Below, piece by piece: positions 39,547 through 49,384 of a DNA stretch of 64,000 bases. The notes under the pieces are model-generated. The model saw nothing but the letters and a program-made list of their open reading frames with translations, was not told the origin of the DNA and did no database searches. This DNA comes from Kiritimatiellia bacterium (GTDB lineage Bacteria; Verrucomicrobiota; Kiritimatiellia; RFP12; UBA1067): contig JBMNFY010000017.1 in NCBI GenBank assembly GCA_050949565.1, forward strand, positions 1,568,001 to 1,632,000, read 5' to 3'. Numbering within the stretch: position 1 is the first letter of the stretch; each line of letters opens with the position of its first letter. Made by a program: the position numbers and the translations under genes.

Positions 39547-41521
39547 ATGAAAACAACACGCATCATCGGATTGGTGCTCTGTGCGGCGGGAGCGTTCGCC
39601 GCGAATCCAGAGCAGGTCGCACGGGTTATGGACGGCACGCTCAAGGAAGCGCGCGCTTCGTGGTGGGGGTTTGACCCGCAAGAGTCGACCGCCGCCCTGC
39701 AAGCCGCGATCCATTCGCGCGTGCCGCGCCTGATCGTCGACAACATGGGCGCGCCGTGGATCACCGACCGGCTGACCGGCGTGAGCGATCAGGAGATCTT
39801 CTTCGAGCCCGGCACCGAGGTGCTGGCCAAGAAGGGCGCCTTCACCGGTAAGGCCGACGCGCTACTCACCCTCGCGGGCGTTACTAATGTCACGCTGCGC
39901 GGACCGGGCGCGACGCTGCGCATGCGACGCGCCGATTATGACGCGCCGCCCTATGTGCGCGCCGAGTGGCGGCATACGCTCTCGATCAAGAGTAGCGCCA
40001 ACATCCAGATCATCGGCCTCACATTCGCCGAAAGCGGCGGTGACGGCATCTATCTCGGTAGCCTCAGGGCTGCCTGGCCCAATCGCGATATCGTGATCCG
40101 CGATGTGGTCTGCGACCGTAACTACCGCCAAGGCATCAGCGTGATCTCAGCCGAAAACCTGCTGATCGAAAATACGATCATGCGCGACACGGCCGGCACG
40201 CCGCCAGCAGCCGGCATCGATTTCGAGCCGAACCACGCCGGTGAGCGGCTCAAGAACTGCGTCATGCGCAACTGCCTGACCGAAAACAATTATGGCGACG
40301 GCTACGAGTTCTATCTGCCGAACCTGACCGCCTCTTCCGAGCCGGCCTCCATCCGACTTGAGAACTGCCGCTCGGTTGGCGATCGGGTTGCGCTGCGCGT
40401 AATTACCGGCAATGCAGAGGCCGATGCCGTGCGCGGTACGATGGTCGTGGAGGGGTGCCGCTTTGAGCAGGCGAAGCGCAATGGGGTTGTGATCGGCCGC
40501 AAGCCGCCGCACGGCATGGCGCTGACGCTCGACCGTTGTGTGATCACCGGCTGCGCCGCCGGTACGAATGCCTTTGCCGATCTGCTGCTCAACGCACGTA
40601 CGGAGGATCAGATCCCGGTCGGCAACATCCGCCTCAATGACGTGGTCATCGAGCAGCCGGTCGCGCGACCGTGGATCGTCTGTCAGAGCGGCGCGGAGTA
40701 TGAGACGGTCACCGACCTGAGCGGAACGGTCACGCTGCGGCAGCCCGGAGCGGCGGAGCAGCGGATCACGCTCACCCCGGCGTGGACTCGCGCAGACCTT
40801 CCCGCCGCGCTTCACGGTGCGTGTACCGCGCATCGCCCCCGCGCTGGCATCGGCGCGCGTGGTCAACAAAGTCGAGGGCCTGCAACGTCTCGCACCCTTG
40901 CGCTTGCGGAACGGCGGCTCTTATCTGTTCCACGCGCAGGCAGGCGTGGAGGCGGTGCTTGCGGGTCAGCAGACACAGGTCGGTCATTATTCATCCGCCG
41001 CTAAGCCGCTGATCGTGCGTGCCGCCGATGGTCGTGTGATCAAATCCGTTCCGGTGCCGACTTTCCGTGAGCGCGTGGAGCTACGTTTCACGCCGCCGAC
41101 CACTGGCTTCTACACGCTGGAGGTCAGTGTTGGTGCAAATGCCTTCGTGCTGCTCGAAGCCAACGTGCCGGTCGCGTTCGAGACCGCCAAAAAGGCGGTG
41201 GGCCTGATCGGCAGCACGGGTAGCCTCTACGCCGCAGTGCCCAAAGGCACCGGTCTCTTCGCGTTCGGTGTGAGCGGCGAAGGCGACAGTGAATGCGTCA
41301 AGGCCACGGTCTACGATCCGTCCGGTCGCGCGGTCTGGAGCCGCGATGCGATCGCGCAGCCCGAGCGCTACACCGCGACCGACGGCGAAGGCGCGACAGG
41401 CGGGCTCTGGCGGATCACGTTCGAACGTCCGACGCGCGGTGTGCTTGAGGACTTCCACGTCGATGCACTGGGCATCCCGCCCTATCTCTTCCTGCACCCC
41501 GACCGCTACTGGACCTTTTGA
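39547..41521 (+). pseudogene. Frameshifted secreted right-handed beta-helix (pectin-lyase-fold) protein
   Basis: Signal peptide MKTTRIIGLVLCAAGAFA; SGGDGIY, NYRQGISV, GIDFEPN; +1 frameshift at ~40795 joins 39547-41004 and 40817-41521. Confidence 0.75.
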
Positions 41522-41560
41522 TTGTAGTTCGCGGGTGGGCCTGCTACACTGATTCGCGTT

Positions 41561-42436
41561 ATGCCTCTTGCACTTAACAGCACAGGCCCGATTCGGCGGC
41601 GCATGCTGAATCTGGAAAAACTCGGCGTGCCCGGTGTGCCGCTCGTGGGATACACCCGGAGCGTGCGTTATGGTTGGACAGTGGACGAGCACGCCCACGC
41701 CGGGTGCCTTGAGATCGGGCTCTGCCTCCGCGGGTCGCTGGTCTTGGAGAGCGGGGCGGACCGGCACACGATCATGCCGGGCGATCTCTTCGTCAACCAT
41801 CCCGACCAGGTACATCGGCTGCAAGCCTTACCTAAGGGGGGCGTCCATTATTGGATCCACCTTCGCCTCAGTGATGCGCCGCCCGGTTTCTTGGGACTTC
41901 CCGCGCCGGAGATCCACGCGCTCCGGCGCAGGTTGAACCGGTTGCCCTGTCGCGTCACGGCGGACACGGCACGCATCGCCTCCGCATTCCGTCGCTTGTT
42001 AAAGTGTCACAGCAGTCTGTCCGGAAACTACCGGATGTTCGCGTTGCGTAGCGCCTGCATGTCCTTGGTCTTTGAGATCGCCGAACTTACCGGCAAACAG
42101 CAGCCCCTTGCCGGGACGGACAAGCTGTCTGCCATCATCGAGCGCATCCGCGCACATCCGGAGCAGAAGATCAACCTCGACGCGCTGGCCAAAGAGGCAG
42201 CGCTCTCGTCAACCCGCTTCATCAACGTCTTCAAGCAGGTTACCGGGTTTCCGCCGTTGCACTACCAGCTCGTGTGTCGCCTCAACGAGGCCAAACGTCG
42301 TCTCAAGGAGAGCGACGAATCTATCACGGATATCGCCGCCGCGCTGGGCTTTTCTTCATCGCAGCATTTTTCCACGCACTTCAAAAAGATGTTCGGCTGT
42401 ACGCCGACGTCCTATCGGCGGTCCGTGCGCGCGTGA
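41561..42436 (+). CDS. AraC-family transcriptional regulator
   Basis: Cupin HAH...EI...H; HTH ITDIAAALGFSSSQHFSTHFKKMFGCTP. Confidence 0.93.
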   Translation: MPLALNSTGPIRRRMLNLEKLGVPGVPLVGYTRSVRYGWTVDEHAHAGCLEIGLCLRGSLVLESGADRHTIMPGDLFVNHPDQVHRLQALPKGGVHYWIHLRLSDAPPGFLGLPAPEIHALRRRLNRLPCRVTADTARIASAFRRLLKCHSSLSGNYRMFALRSACMSLVFEIAELTGKQQPLAGTDKLSAIIERIRAHPEQKINLDALAKEAALSSTRFINVFKQVTGFPPLHYQLVCRLNEAKRRLKESDESITDIAAALGFSSSQHFSTHFKKMFGCTPTSYRRSVRA

Positions 42437-42439
42437 GAC

Positions 42440-42745
42440 CGTGCTCCGCGCCAGCCTTGCGCCGGGCGCTCAATTTGGAGTGCGCGTGACAAGCACCGCG
42501 CTGTGCGCGGGGCGCGGCACCGCTTTCCTTCCGCGCTGCGCGCGGAAGGCGGCTCGCGGGGACGCTCGCCCTCCAGCGCGGGAATCCGACCCATTGACGC
42601 GAGACATGAGACACGAGACAAGATCACGACCTCGCACAAGCCCGGTCACCGGTCTTTCGCGGAGCACCGGGAGGGACGAGCGTCTGCTCGTCCGGGCGGC
42701 GCTTCTCGCCGCCCCACGGGCAAGATGCCCGTGCCACCCCCCGAA
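42440..42745. repeat. BIME-like mosaic of REP-like hairpins and heptamer units between convergent genes
   Basis: CGGCTCGCGGGGACGCTCGCCCTCCA (42550), GAGACAC-type heptamers (~42600), GGGAGGGACGAGCGTCTGCTCGTCC (42669), CACGGGCAAGATGCCCGTGCCAC (42715). Confidence 0.75.
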
Positions 42746-42760
42746 AAAAGCACCTTCAGG

Positions 42761-44734
42761 TCAGTGCGCCGCCTCGCGGTAGCGCACATGGGTCATGCGC
42801 ACATTATTTTTTATGTCGGTGCGCAGATAGCCTTCGCCAAAGGCGACCAGTATCTCGCCCGGCACGGTCTCGATCAGTGCCGTGTAACCGGAGTGGTCTC
42901 CTGGGTCCACCAGCGTCAGGTCGTGCCAAGTATCGCCGCGATCCGAACTGAACAGCACATATGCGCCGGGACGGCCGGCCGATAGCGCGAGCCGTCCGTC
43001 TGACAGCGCGGTGACCACCGGATAAGCCCCGTTGACTCCGGTCCGCCACGGTTTCTTCCAGGTCCGACCGCCGTCGGCGCTGCGCGTGACCATGACGGGG
43101 TTGTCCTGACAGGCGATGTCGGTCATGTTGCCGGTGCGCAGAACGGCGACGATTTCGCCATTGTCCAGAAGCGCCAGCGTGCCCTCGTTGTATCCCTCGC
43201 TGCCGATGGTGTCGTAGCCGATCGTTGCGAGATACTCCCACACGCGACCGCCGTCGCTCGAGGTACAGACGTACGAACGCGAGTAGGGACGGCCATGCCC
43301 GTGCGGACACAGGGCATCGTCACCTGTGAACCACCCCATCATCAGGGCCAGCAGCACGCCGTCGGCCCGCTGCACGAATGATCCGGTGCAGAGTGGCCCG
43401 CGATGTTGCGCGTGACCGCGCGCCGCTTTGGCCAACGGTACGCGGCACTCTGCCGGTTCACGCATCACGGTTTTTCCACCGTCGACGGTGCTGCGCAGCG
43501 TGCCTGTGTAGACGCCCGGCCTCCCGTCAATCGGCAGCAGACTGTAATCCAGCGCGATCACACGCCCGTCGTGCAGCACGGGACAGCCGCCCACAATGCC
43601 GCCGCTCTCTGGGCGGGTCCACGTCCGTCCGCGATCATTGCTGATGCGTCCGCCATAAATCAGCGTACCGTCCGGTAAGCGCGTGAAACGTCCCGCGCTT
43701 GAGCCTTTGCAAGCTTCCCACGGTTCCGAGACCGTGACGCGCAGCCGGTCGGCCGGATCCTTGATGCGCAACGCGATGCGCCGCGTATCGGGGCGCCCCT
43801 CATCGGTGTGCGCTTCGATCGTAACGAAGTGGAGCCCCGGCTTCAAACCGTCGGTTCGCAGCGGCACGCGGATCGCGCCGTGCGCCGGATCGGTGTCCAG
43901 TGCGCCTTGATCCAGTACCAGTTCTGAACCGGGTTCGGCGAGGAACGCTTTACGGCTCGTCTCATCGTAACGGAAACCGGGCAATGTGTTTTCCGGTGCC
44001 ATGCGCAACGCTGTCGTGGCCTTCAGGCCGATCATGTTGGTCGCGGTCAGCACCACAGTCAGCGCGGTGGGGTCGCCGGCACGCACTGCGTCCGGCAGAA
44101 ACGCGGCGCTGCGGATGCGGGTCGGCGCGGGATTGCAGCGGTCGATCAACCGCACGGTATCATCTTTCACCACGACCGCGAATTTTGCACACACGGCTTC
44201 ATATTGGCCGTGACGCTTGTCGGTGCTGTTGTGCGCGAACAATCCCAGCTCGTAGTGACCGGGTTTCCAGTCGGCCGTGCTCACGCGCAGCCGGAAGGCG
44301 TTGGGTGCCGGATCATGGTCACGCGATCCGCCGTCGATCATTTGCACGCTCCGGTTGGTCTCGGTCATCGAGGCGAAGCGGCGTGTCGCGTCGTAATGGC
44401 TCAACACAGGCGGCGCGTCTTCTTGCTTGATGGGCTCGACCGTCCGCAGTACAAACGTCAACGTGCCCGCATCGCGATTCTTTACACGCAGGCTCACTTC
44501 AAACGTATCGCCGAGCGCCAGCCGCCGCCCGCCGTCCGTGGGCGCACGTAGCGTGAAGGTGTCAATCGTGAGACGTTGCGCCAGCAGTGGCGTGGCCAAC
44601 ATCACCAGCGCCAGTACGCAGAGGTCGCGCCTCGTGGCATGGGCGTCCCGCCCATGAAACACGAGCAAGATGCCCGTGCCACACCTGCAAGCAAAGAGCC
44701 TTGCAAAAGCCTCTAGAATCCTGTGATTCAACAT
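42761..44734 (-). CDS. Secreted sialidase-like (BNR/Asp-box) protein with two N-terminal beta-sandwich repeats
   Basis: Asp-boxes SNDRGRTW, SSDGGRVW, SADGGRTW, SSDRGDTW; GGGAG RBS; signal peptide ...TPLLA|Q. Confidence 0.8.
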   Translation of the reverse strand: MLNHRILEAFARLFACRCGTGILLVFHGRDAHATRRDLCVLALVMLATPLLAQRLTIDTFTLRAPTDGGRRLALGDTFEVSLRVKNRDAGTLTFVLRTVEPIKQEDAPPVLSHYDATRRFASMTETNRSVQMIDGGSRDHDPAPNAFRLRVSTADWKPGHYELGLFAHNSTDKRHGQYEAVCAKFAVVVKDDTVRLIDRCNPAPTRIRSAAFLPDAVRAGDPTALTVVLTATNMIGLKATTALRMAPENTLPGFRYDETSRKAFLAEPGSELVLDQGALDTDPAHGAIRVPLRTDGLKPGLHFVTIEAHTDEGRPDTRRIALRIKDPADRLRVTVSEPWEACKGSSAGRFTRLPDGTLIYGGRISNDRGRTWTRPESGGIVGGCPVLHDGRVIALDYSLLPIDGRPGVYTGTLRSTVDGGKTVMREPAECRVPLAKAARGHAQHRGPLCTGSFVQRADGVLLALMMGWFTGDDALCPHGHGRPYSRSYVCTSSDGGRVWEYLATIGYDTIGSEGYNEGTLALLDNGEIVAVLRTGNMTDIACQDNPVMVTRSADGGRTWKKPWRTGVNGAYPVVTALSDGRLALSAGRPGAYVLFSSDRGDTWHDLTLVDPGDHSGYTALIETVPGEILVAFGEGYLRTDIKNNVRMTHVRYREAAH

Positions 44735-44769
44735 GTGGTTTCTCCCTTTAACGCGGAACCCAATTCAAT

Positions 44770-45190
44770 CTCATACAAAGGCACAAAGGGCACGAAGTTT
44801 TTTTCTGACCGCAGGATGGGAGGGACGAGCGTCTGCTCGTCCGCAGGCAAGCAGACGCTTGCCCCTCCCGGCGCTCCGCGAGGTGACCAGAGACCACCCT
44901 TCCGCGCAGCGGAAGGCGGCTCGTGGGGACACTCGCCCTCCAGTGCCACGCCCCAACGGCTCGTGGGGACACTCGCCCTCCAGTGCCACGCCCCAACGGC
45001 TCGTGGGGACATTCGCCCTCCAACCTTCGCGTCTTCGCGTGAAACAACAAAGCAATGCTTTTACACTCACCATTGCGACCACTGAGTGGTCGCAATAAGA
45101 GAGGTTGACCCGCGACCCGCGACTTGCGGCTAGCATTGCTACCAAAAAAATCTGCGTAATCTGCGTCCATCTGTGGATAAAGCAACCGAG
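44770..45190. repeat. Repeat mosaic including a REP doublet, a 40-bp tandem repeat and a ~105-bp structured repeat
   Basis: REP doublet at 44818-44869; CGGCTCGTGGGGACACTCGCCCTCCAGTGCCACGCCCCAA x ~2.6 (44917-45022); element at 45051-45150. Confidence 0.85.
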
Positions 45191-45207
45191 CAGCGCTCCC
45201 AAACCGA

Positions 45208-47313
45208 TTACGCGCGCTTGGTCCACACCCATCCATTCGTGGGCTTGCGGTTCGGCCACACCAGGCTCGCCAGCAGCGCGGTGACCAGACACGCAATGAG
45301 CCCGGCCACGCCGTACAGCATGAGATGGGGCTTCCACGGCAGCGGACAGAACGCGAGCGTGAAACAGACCACGTAGTTCACAATCAATCCGAGAACGGCG
45401 GCGGTGCCGCCCACGCGCGGCGCGAACATCCCCAGCAGAAACAGACCGGTGATGCCCGAAGTGAGAATCCCCAGGAACTTGTAGAAGGTCTCTTGCATCG
45501 ACTGGATATCGGCATGCGCGAAAAGCAGTGCCAGCCCCAGCGCGATGATGCCGCCGATTACGGTCAACCCTTTGCCCCAGGCCACGAGCTTCGCGTCGCT
45601 GACCTTTTCGCGTTGGAAGCGCAAATAGAAGTCGGTGGTCAGCGCAGTCGCCGTGGCGTTGAGATTCGCCGCCAACGTTGTGAGCGTCGCCGCGAAGATG
45701 GAGGCCAGCAGCAAACCGCCGACACCCGGCGGCAGGCCGGTTGCGATGAACACCGGGAAGATCGCGTCGTTCTTGGCAATCGTCACATCCAAACGCTCCG
45801 GATGGCTGCTGAAGTAGGTGAAGAGTCCGGTACCGATCGTGTAGAGCAGGGGCCCGGAGATAAACGTGATCGCGATGCAGAAGAGGATACTGCGCACCGC
45901 CGAACGTTCGTCCTTGGTCGTCATGAAACGTTGCAGCACGCACTGGTCACTGGTGTAGGAGTTGAGGTTCGAGACAAACCCGCCGATGAGCATCACCCAG
46001 AAGACCGGTGCCGTCAGATCCCAAGAGAAATTGAACACGTCGAATTTGTTGTGTTCCCGCGCGATCGAGAAGAAACCCGACCAGCCGCCATCCGTCCCCG
46101 CGATCAAGATCGCCACTGTCACGGCGATACTGGCGATCAGGATAATGCCTTGGTAAAAATCGCCCCACACGATCCCTTTGATCCCGCCGGAGATGCAGTA
46201 CAGAACCGAGATAACGGTCAGCCCGATGATTGTCGTATCCAGCGGAATCGCGGCGATCTCCGAAACCGCGAGCGCGGGCAGAAAGACTACGAGCGCGGCG
46301 CGGAACAGCATGAAGCCCGAGAAGGCGGCGCTGGCAAAGAGACGGCAGGCGAGATTGAAACGCGCTTCCAGATACTCGTATGCGCTTGTTAAATTCAACC
46401 GCCGGAAGAACGGCAGATAGTAACCGGCGATAATCGGTACGATCAACAGCTTGCTGAGCACAACCGTGAAATAGGACCAGTTGAGCAGATAGCTGACGGC
46501 CGGCCCCGCGATCAGCGAGATCGCGCTGAACATCGCCGCATAGATGCTGACTCCGACCGCCCACCACGGCAACTTGCCGTCGCCTTTGAAATAGGAGTCG
46601 GCGGACTGTTGTTGCCGCCGCGACCTGACCATCATCACGGCAGCGGCTATGAGTAGGCAGGCGATATACACGGCCAGCACCACATAGTTGATCGGCGAGA
46701 AACGTTCCGTCCGCACCAGCCTGGCGCGCCAACACGGGCCGGACGTTGCGCCGTCACGCTGGCACAGCAGGAATGAAGAATCAGAGTCGGGCAGCAGAAC
46801 CGGCGGCGCGCTCCACGCGCCACCGGGCACGTCGCCGAGTTCGAACCATTTGGTCGTCACCGTGTGGTAGGCCAGCAACTTGGGGGCGCCTGCGGCATCA
46901 CGGGCGGTCAGCAAGAGGTGTTGGTGGCCCATCGGCAACACGGTTTCACCGGTCAGCCGGTACGTTTGCGCCGGGGTGCCGTCAACCGACGGCGGCGGCA
47001 ACGGCTTCCAGGTGCCGACAAGCTCACCGCGCGCGTCAAGCTCAGCTTCGTAGCCTACGGTGCCGCCGGCATCGGCCGCATCGGTCTCGAACACAAACAA
47101 GGCGCGCTTGATTTTGTCGGTGTTCTGGCGGCAGCTTACGGGACGCCGGAACGTCTCCGGCATGGATGCCGGGGGCGCTTCTGGGCGCGCGGCAAGCGCC
47201 GCCGTCGGCACGTCTTCCGGCTTCGCCTCCCGCCACTCGATCTGCACGGAAGCGTGACAGAGTGCGACGCTTCCTAAAAGCGCAATCCAGCAGATCCGCA
47301 GCGCACGGCTCAT
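45208..47313 (-). CDS. Sodium:solute symporter (SiaT-like) fused to an N-terminal exported Kelch-like domain
   Basis: YFKGDGKLPWWAVG, SAYEYLEARF, GGIKGIVWGD, DQCVLQRF; signal peptide and a ~200-aa N-terminal extension. Confidence 0.88.
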   Translation of the reverse strand: MSRALRICWIALLGSVALCHASVQIEWREAKPEDVPTAALAARPEAPPASMPETFRRPVSCRQNTDKIKRALFVFETDAADAGGTVGYEAELDARGELVGTWKPLPPPSVDGTPAQTYRLTGETVLPMGHQHLLLTARDAAGAPKLLAYHTVTTKWFELGDVPGGAWSAPPVLLPDSDSSFLLCQRDGATSGPCWRARLVRTERFSPINYVVLAVYIACLLIAAAVMMVRSRRQQQSADSYFKGDGKLPWWAVGVSIYAAMFSAISLIAGPAVSYLLNWSYFTVVLSKLLIVPIIAGYYLPFFRRLNLTSAYEYLEARFNLACRLFASAAFSGFMLFRAALVVFLPALAVSEIAAIPLDTTIIGLTVISVLYCISGGIKGIVWGDFYQGIILIASIAVTVAILIAGTDGGWSGFFSIAREHNKFDVFNFSWDLTAPVFWVMLIGGFVSNLNSYTSDQCVLQRFMTTKDERSAVRSILFCIAITFISGPLLYTIGTGLFTYFSSHPERLDVTIAKNDAIFPVFIATGLPPGVGGLLLASIFAATLTTLAANLNATATALTTDFYLRFQREKVSDAKLVAWGKGLTVIGGIIALGLALLFAHADIQSMQETFYKFLGILTSGITGLFLLGMFAPRVGGTAAVLGLIVNYVVCFTLAFCPLPWKPHLMLYGVAGLIACLVTALLASLVWPNRKPTNGWVWTKRA

Positions 47314-48434
47314 CGAACCTCCTCCCAATCATAGGAAAGACGGATGATCTTTGGCGAACCGCCACCTCCCCGTTTGTACGTCACAACATGGAATTGCGTT
47401 TTACCGTTTTGCTCGCGCCAATACGGCATGGCGTAGTAGCCGTCCGAGACCTTGTTGCCCTCGTCATTGTCCAGGATCACATGACGCTGGATCGCCAACG
47501 TCTCCGGATCAAACCGGAACAGGCTCAGGCGCATCGGGGTCTTGGGCGCCAAGAAGTTTCTGCCCAGCAAATACCAGCGACCGTCTCTGGTAAAGACGCG
47601 CGGACGGCCGACATGGCTCGTGATCTCGTCACACGTCTTGGCCACATTGACCTTGCGCGTCACATGAAATTTCGCGTCGGCATACGCCAGCCACTGGCGG
47701 GCGTCATAACCCCGCGCGGCGATGATGAAGCCGTCGCCGTGGGGCGCGAAGGAACTTTCATTGATCGAGACATTGCCCACCAATTCGCGCGACAAGCTCT
47801 GCACGAAGCGCCACGAGTGGCCGTTGTCTTCGGAACGGATGACATCTACGGAGCCCGCCAACGAGCGTGACGGCTGCTGTGAAAAGACCCCGCCGGTCAG
47901 GTTGGTGAAGGTCATCACCAGCATCCAAGTGGTCTGCCCGCGCGTCACAGCCTCAAACGCATATCCGTACTCTACGCCGTCGACGACGCCCACGCGTGTC
48001 ACCGGACCGAAGGTCTTGCCGCCGTCGCTTGATCGCGCCGCTGCCAGTCCGGTGCGGCTCGGTTGCTTGTTGCGCTGCGCGTCGATATAGGTGGCGATGT
48101 CACCGTTGGGGAAACGCACCCACTCGCCCATCTGCATGATCTCGCCCGGTATGGTCGCAATCGTCGAACAGGCCTTGACGGCACCGCTCGCGCCGTCGAT
48201 CCGCAAGAAATCCAGCACCGCACCGGTATCGGCCGCGTGCGCTTTCCCTCGTTTGTACGAAATCAAGACCTCGTTGCCGAGATCCAGCACTGCCGGAAAC
48301 GCCAGATACGGCTGCGCTTCTCCTTGCCGGTCGACGAGCACCGTCTCCTGCTTGTTTTTCGGCACATCGTATGCCCAAATTCCAGCCGCCAAAAGCAAGG
48401 CGGTCCCCAACACAGTTTTACGTTTGTCCATCAT
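47310..48434 (-). CDS. Secreted sialidase-like (BNR) protein
   Basis: YLAFP, SSDGGKTF, SEDNGHSW, DGYY; signal peptide; ATGA coupling. Confidence 0.75.
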   Translation of the reverse strand: MMDKRKTVLGTALLLAAGIWAYDVPKNKQETVLVDRQGEAQPYLAFPAVLDLGNEVLISYKRGKAHAADTGAVLDFLRIDGASGAVKACSTIATIPGEIMQMGEWVRFPNGDIATYIDAQRNKQPSRTGLAAARSSDGGKTFGPVTRVGVVDGVEYGYAFEAVTRGQTTWMLVMTFTNLTGGVFSQQPSRSLAGSVDVIRSEDNGHSWRFVQSLSRELVGNVSINESSFAPHGDGFIIAARGYDARQWLAYADAKFHVTRKVNVAKTCDEITSHVGRPRVFTRDGRWYLLGRNFLAPKTPMRLSLFRFDPETLAIQRHVILDNDEGNKVSDGYYAMPYWREQNGKTQFHVVTYKRGGGGSPKIIRLSYDWEEVR

Positions 48435-49384
48435 TTTTGTCCTTTTAACGCGTCATTCTCGCGCACGATACCCTGCTCGCGCATGCGCGCGGCAAGCGCC
48501 TCGTACTGCGCGTCCGTGAGCGGTTCGTAGGGCGGCCGCGCCGCGCCCACATCCAATCCGATGAAACGCACCATGGCCTTGCGGTGCGACCAGTTCTCGC
48601 TTTCCGTCAGCAATTCCAACACGCGGTTGGCCTCGGCCTGCAAGCGAATTGCCGACGCGAAGTCACCTTGTGTCATGGCGTCGAACATACGGGAGAAATG
48701 GCGGGGTACGACATTCTGCGTGGTGCCGATGCACCCCGCGATGCATCCCGAGGCAAACGCCGGTACGAAAAGCGGGTCCATCCCAGCGAAAAAAATCGCC
48801 GGGTGCGCCAGCCGCCAGATTAACCGCTGCAGTGCATAAAAATCGATGCCCGTGTATTTCATGCCCATCACATTCGGGATGTCAAAAAGGCGGGCGTCCC
48901 GTTCCGGGTCCAGTGCGGTGCCGACCGTTGCATAGATCAGAAAAGGCAATCCCGTGGCTGCGGCGATTTTGGTGTAGTGCCGATGCGCGGCTGCGAATGT
49001 CTGCCCGAAATAGACCGGTGCCACCGATGAGATCCAGTCGGCTCCAGTCTTTTCCGCATGGCGCGCCAGCGTGACCGCGTCATTCGTATTGATACAGCCG
49101 ATATGCGCGATGATGCGCATGCGTCCGGCATTGGCTCGCACCACGGTTTCCAGTACATGTTTTCGCTCCGCGAGGGTTAACAGCAACCCCTCGCCGGTGC
49201 CGCCGGTGACATACAGGCCGCGTATGCCGCACGCGGCGTAATAGTCAACCTGCTGTTCGAGCACGGCGACATTCACCGTGTCTTTTTTTGTGAATGGAGT
49301 CATCAGCGCGACATACGCGCCAGCCATATCTTTGAAAACGCTACCGTCCGGCACTCGCGCCGACACGCCTGTTTTTCGATTCAT
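48431..49384 (-). CDS. nanA: N-acetylneuraminate lyase / DapA-family aldolase
   Basis: ALMTPF, GLYVTGGTGEG, IAHIG, SSVAPVYF, Schiff-base Lys in MGMKYT, GCIGTT; sialidase and SSS context. Confidence 0.75.
   Translation of the reverse strand: MNRKTGVSARVPDGSVFKDMAGAYVALMTPFTKKDTVNVAVLEQQVDYYAACGIRGLYVTGGTGEGLLLTLAERKHVLETVVRANAGRMRIIAHIGCINTNDAVTLARHAEKTGADWISSVAPVYFGQTFAAAHRHYTKIAAATGLPFLIYATVGTALDPERDARLFDIPNVMGMKYTGIDFYALQRLIWRLAHPAIFFAGMDPLFVPAFASGCIAGCIGTTQNVVPRHFSRMFDAMTQGDFASAIRLQAEANRVLELLTESENWSHRKAMVRFIGLDVGAARPPYEPLTDAQYEALAARMREQGIVRENDALKGQK

Noticed and set aside
44917-45022. Mini-CRISPR (26-bp repeat with 14-bp spacers)
   Set aside because: Both spacers are identical, and the repeat is a REP-like unit also found at 42550 and 52692.
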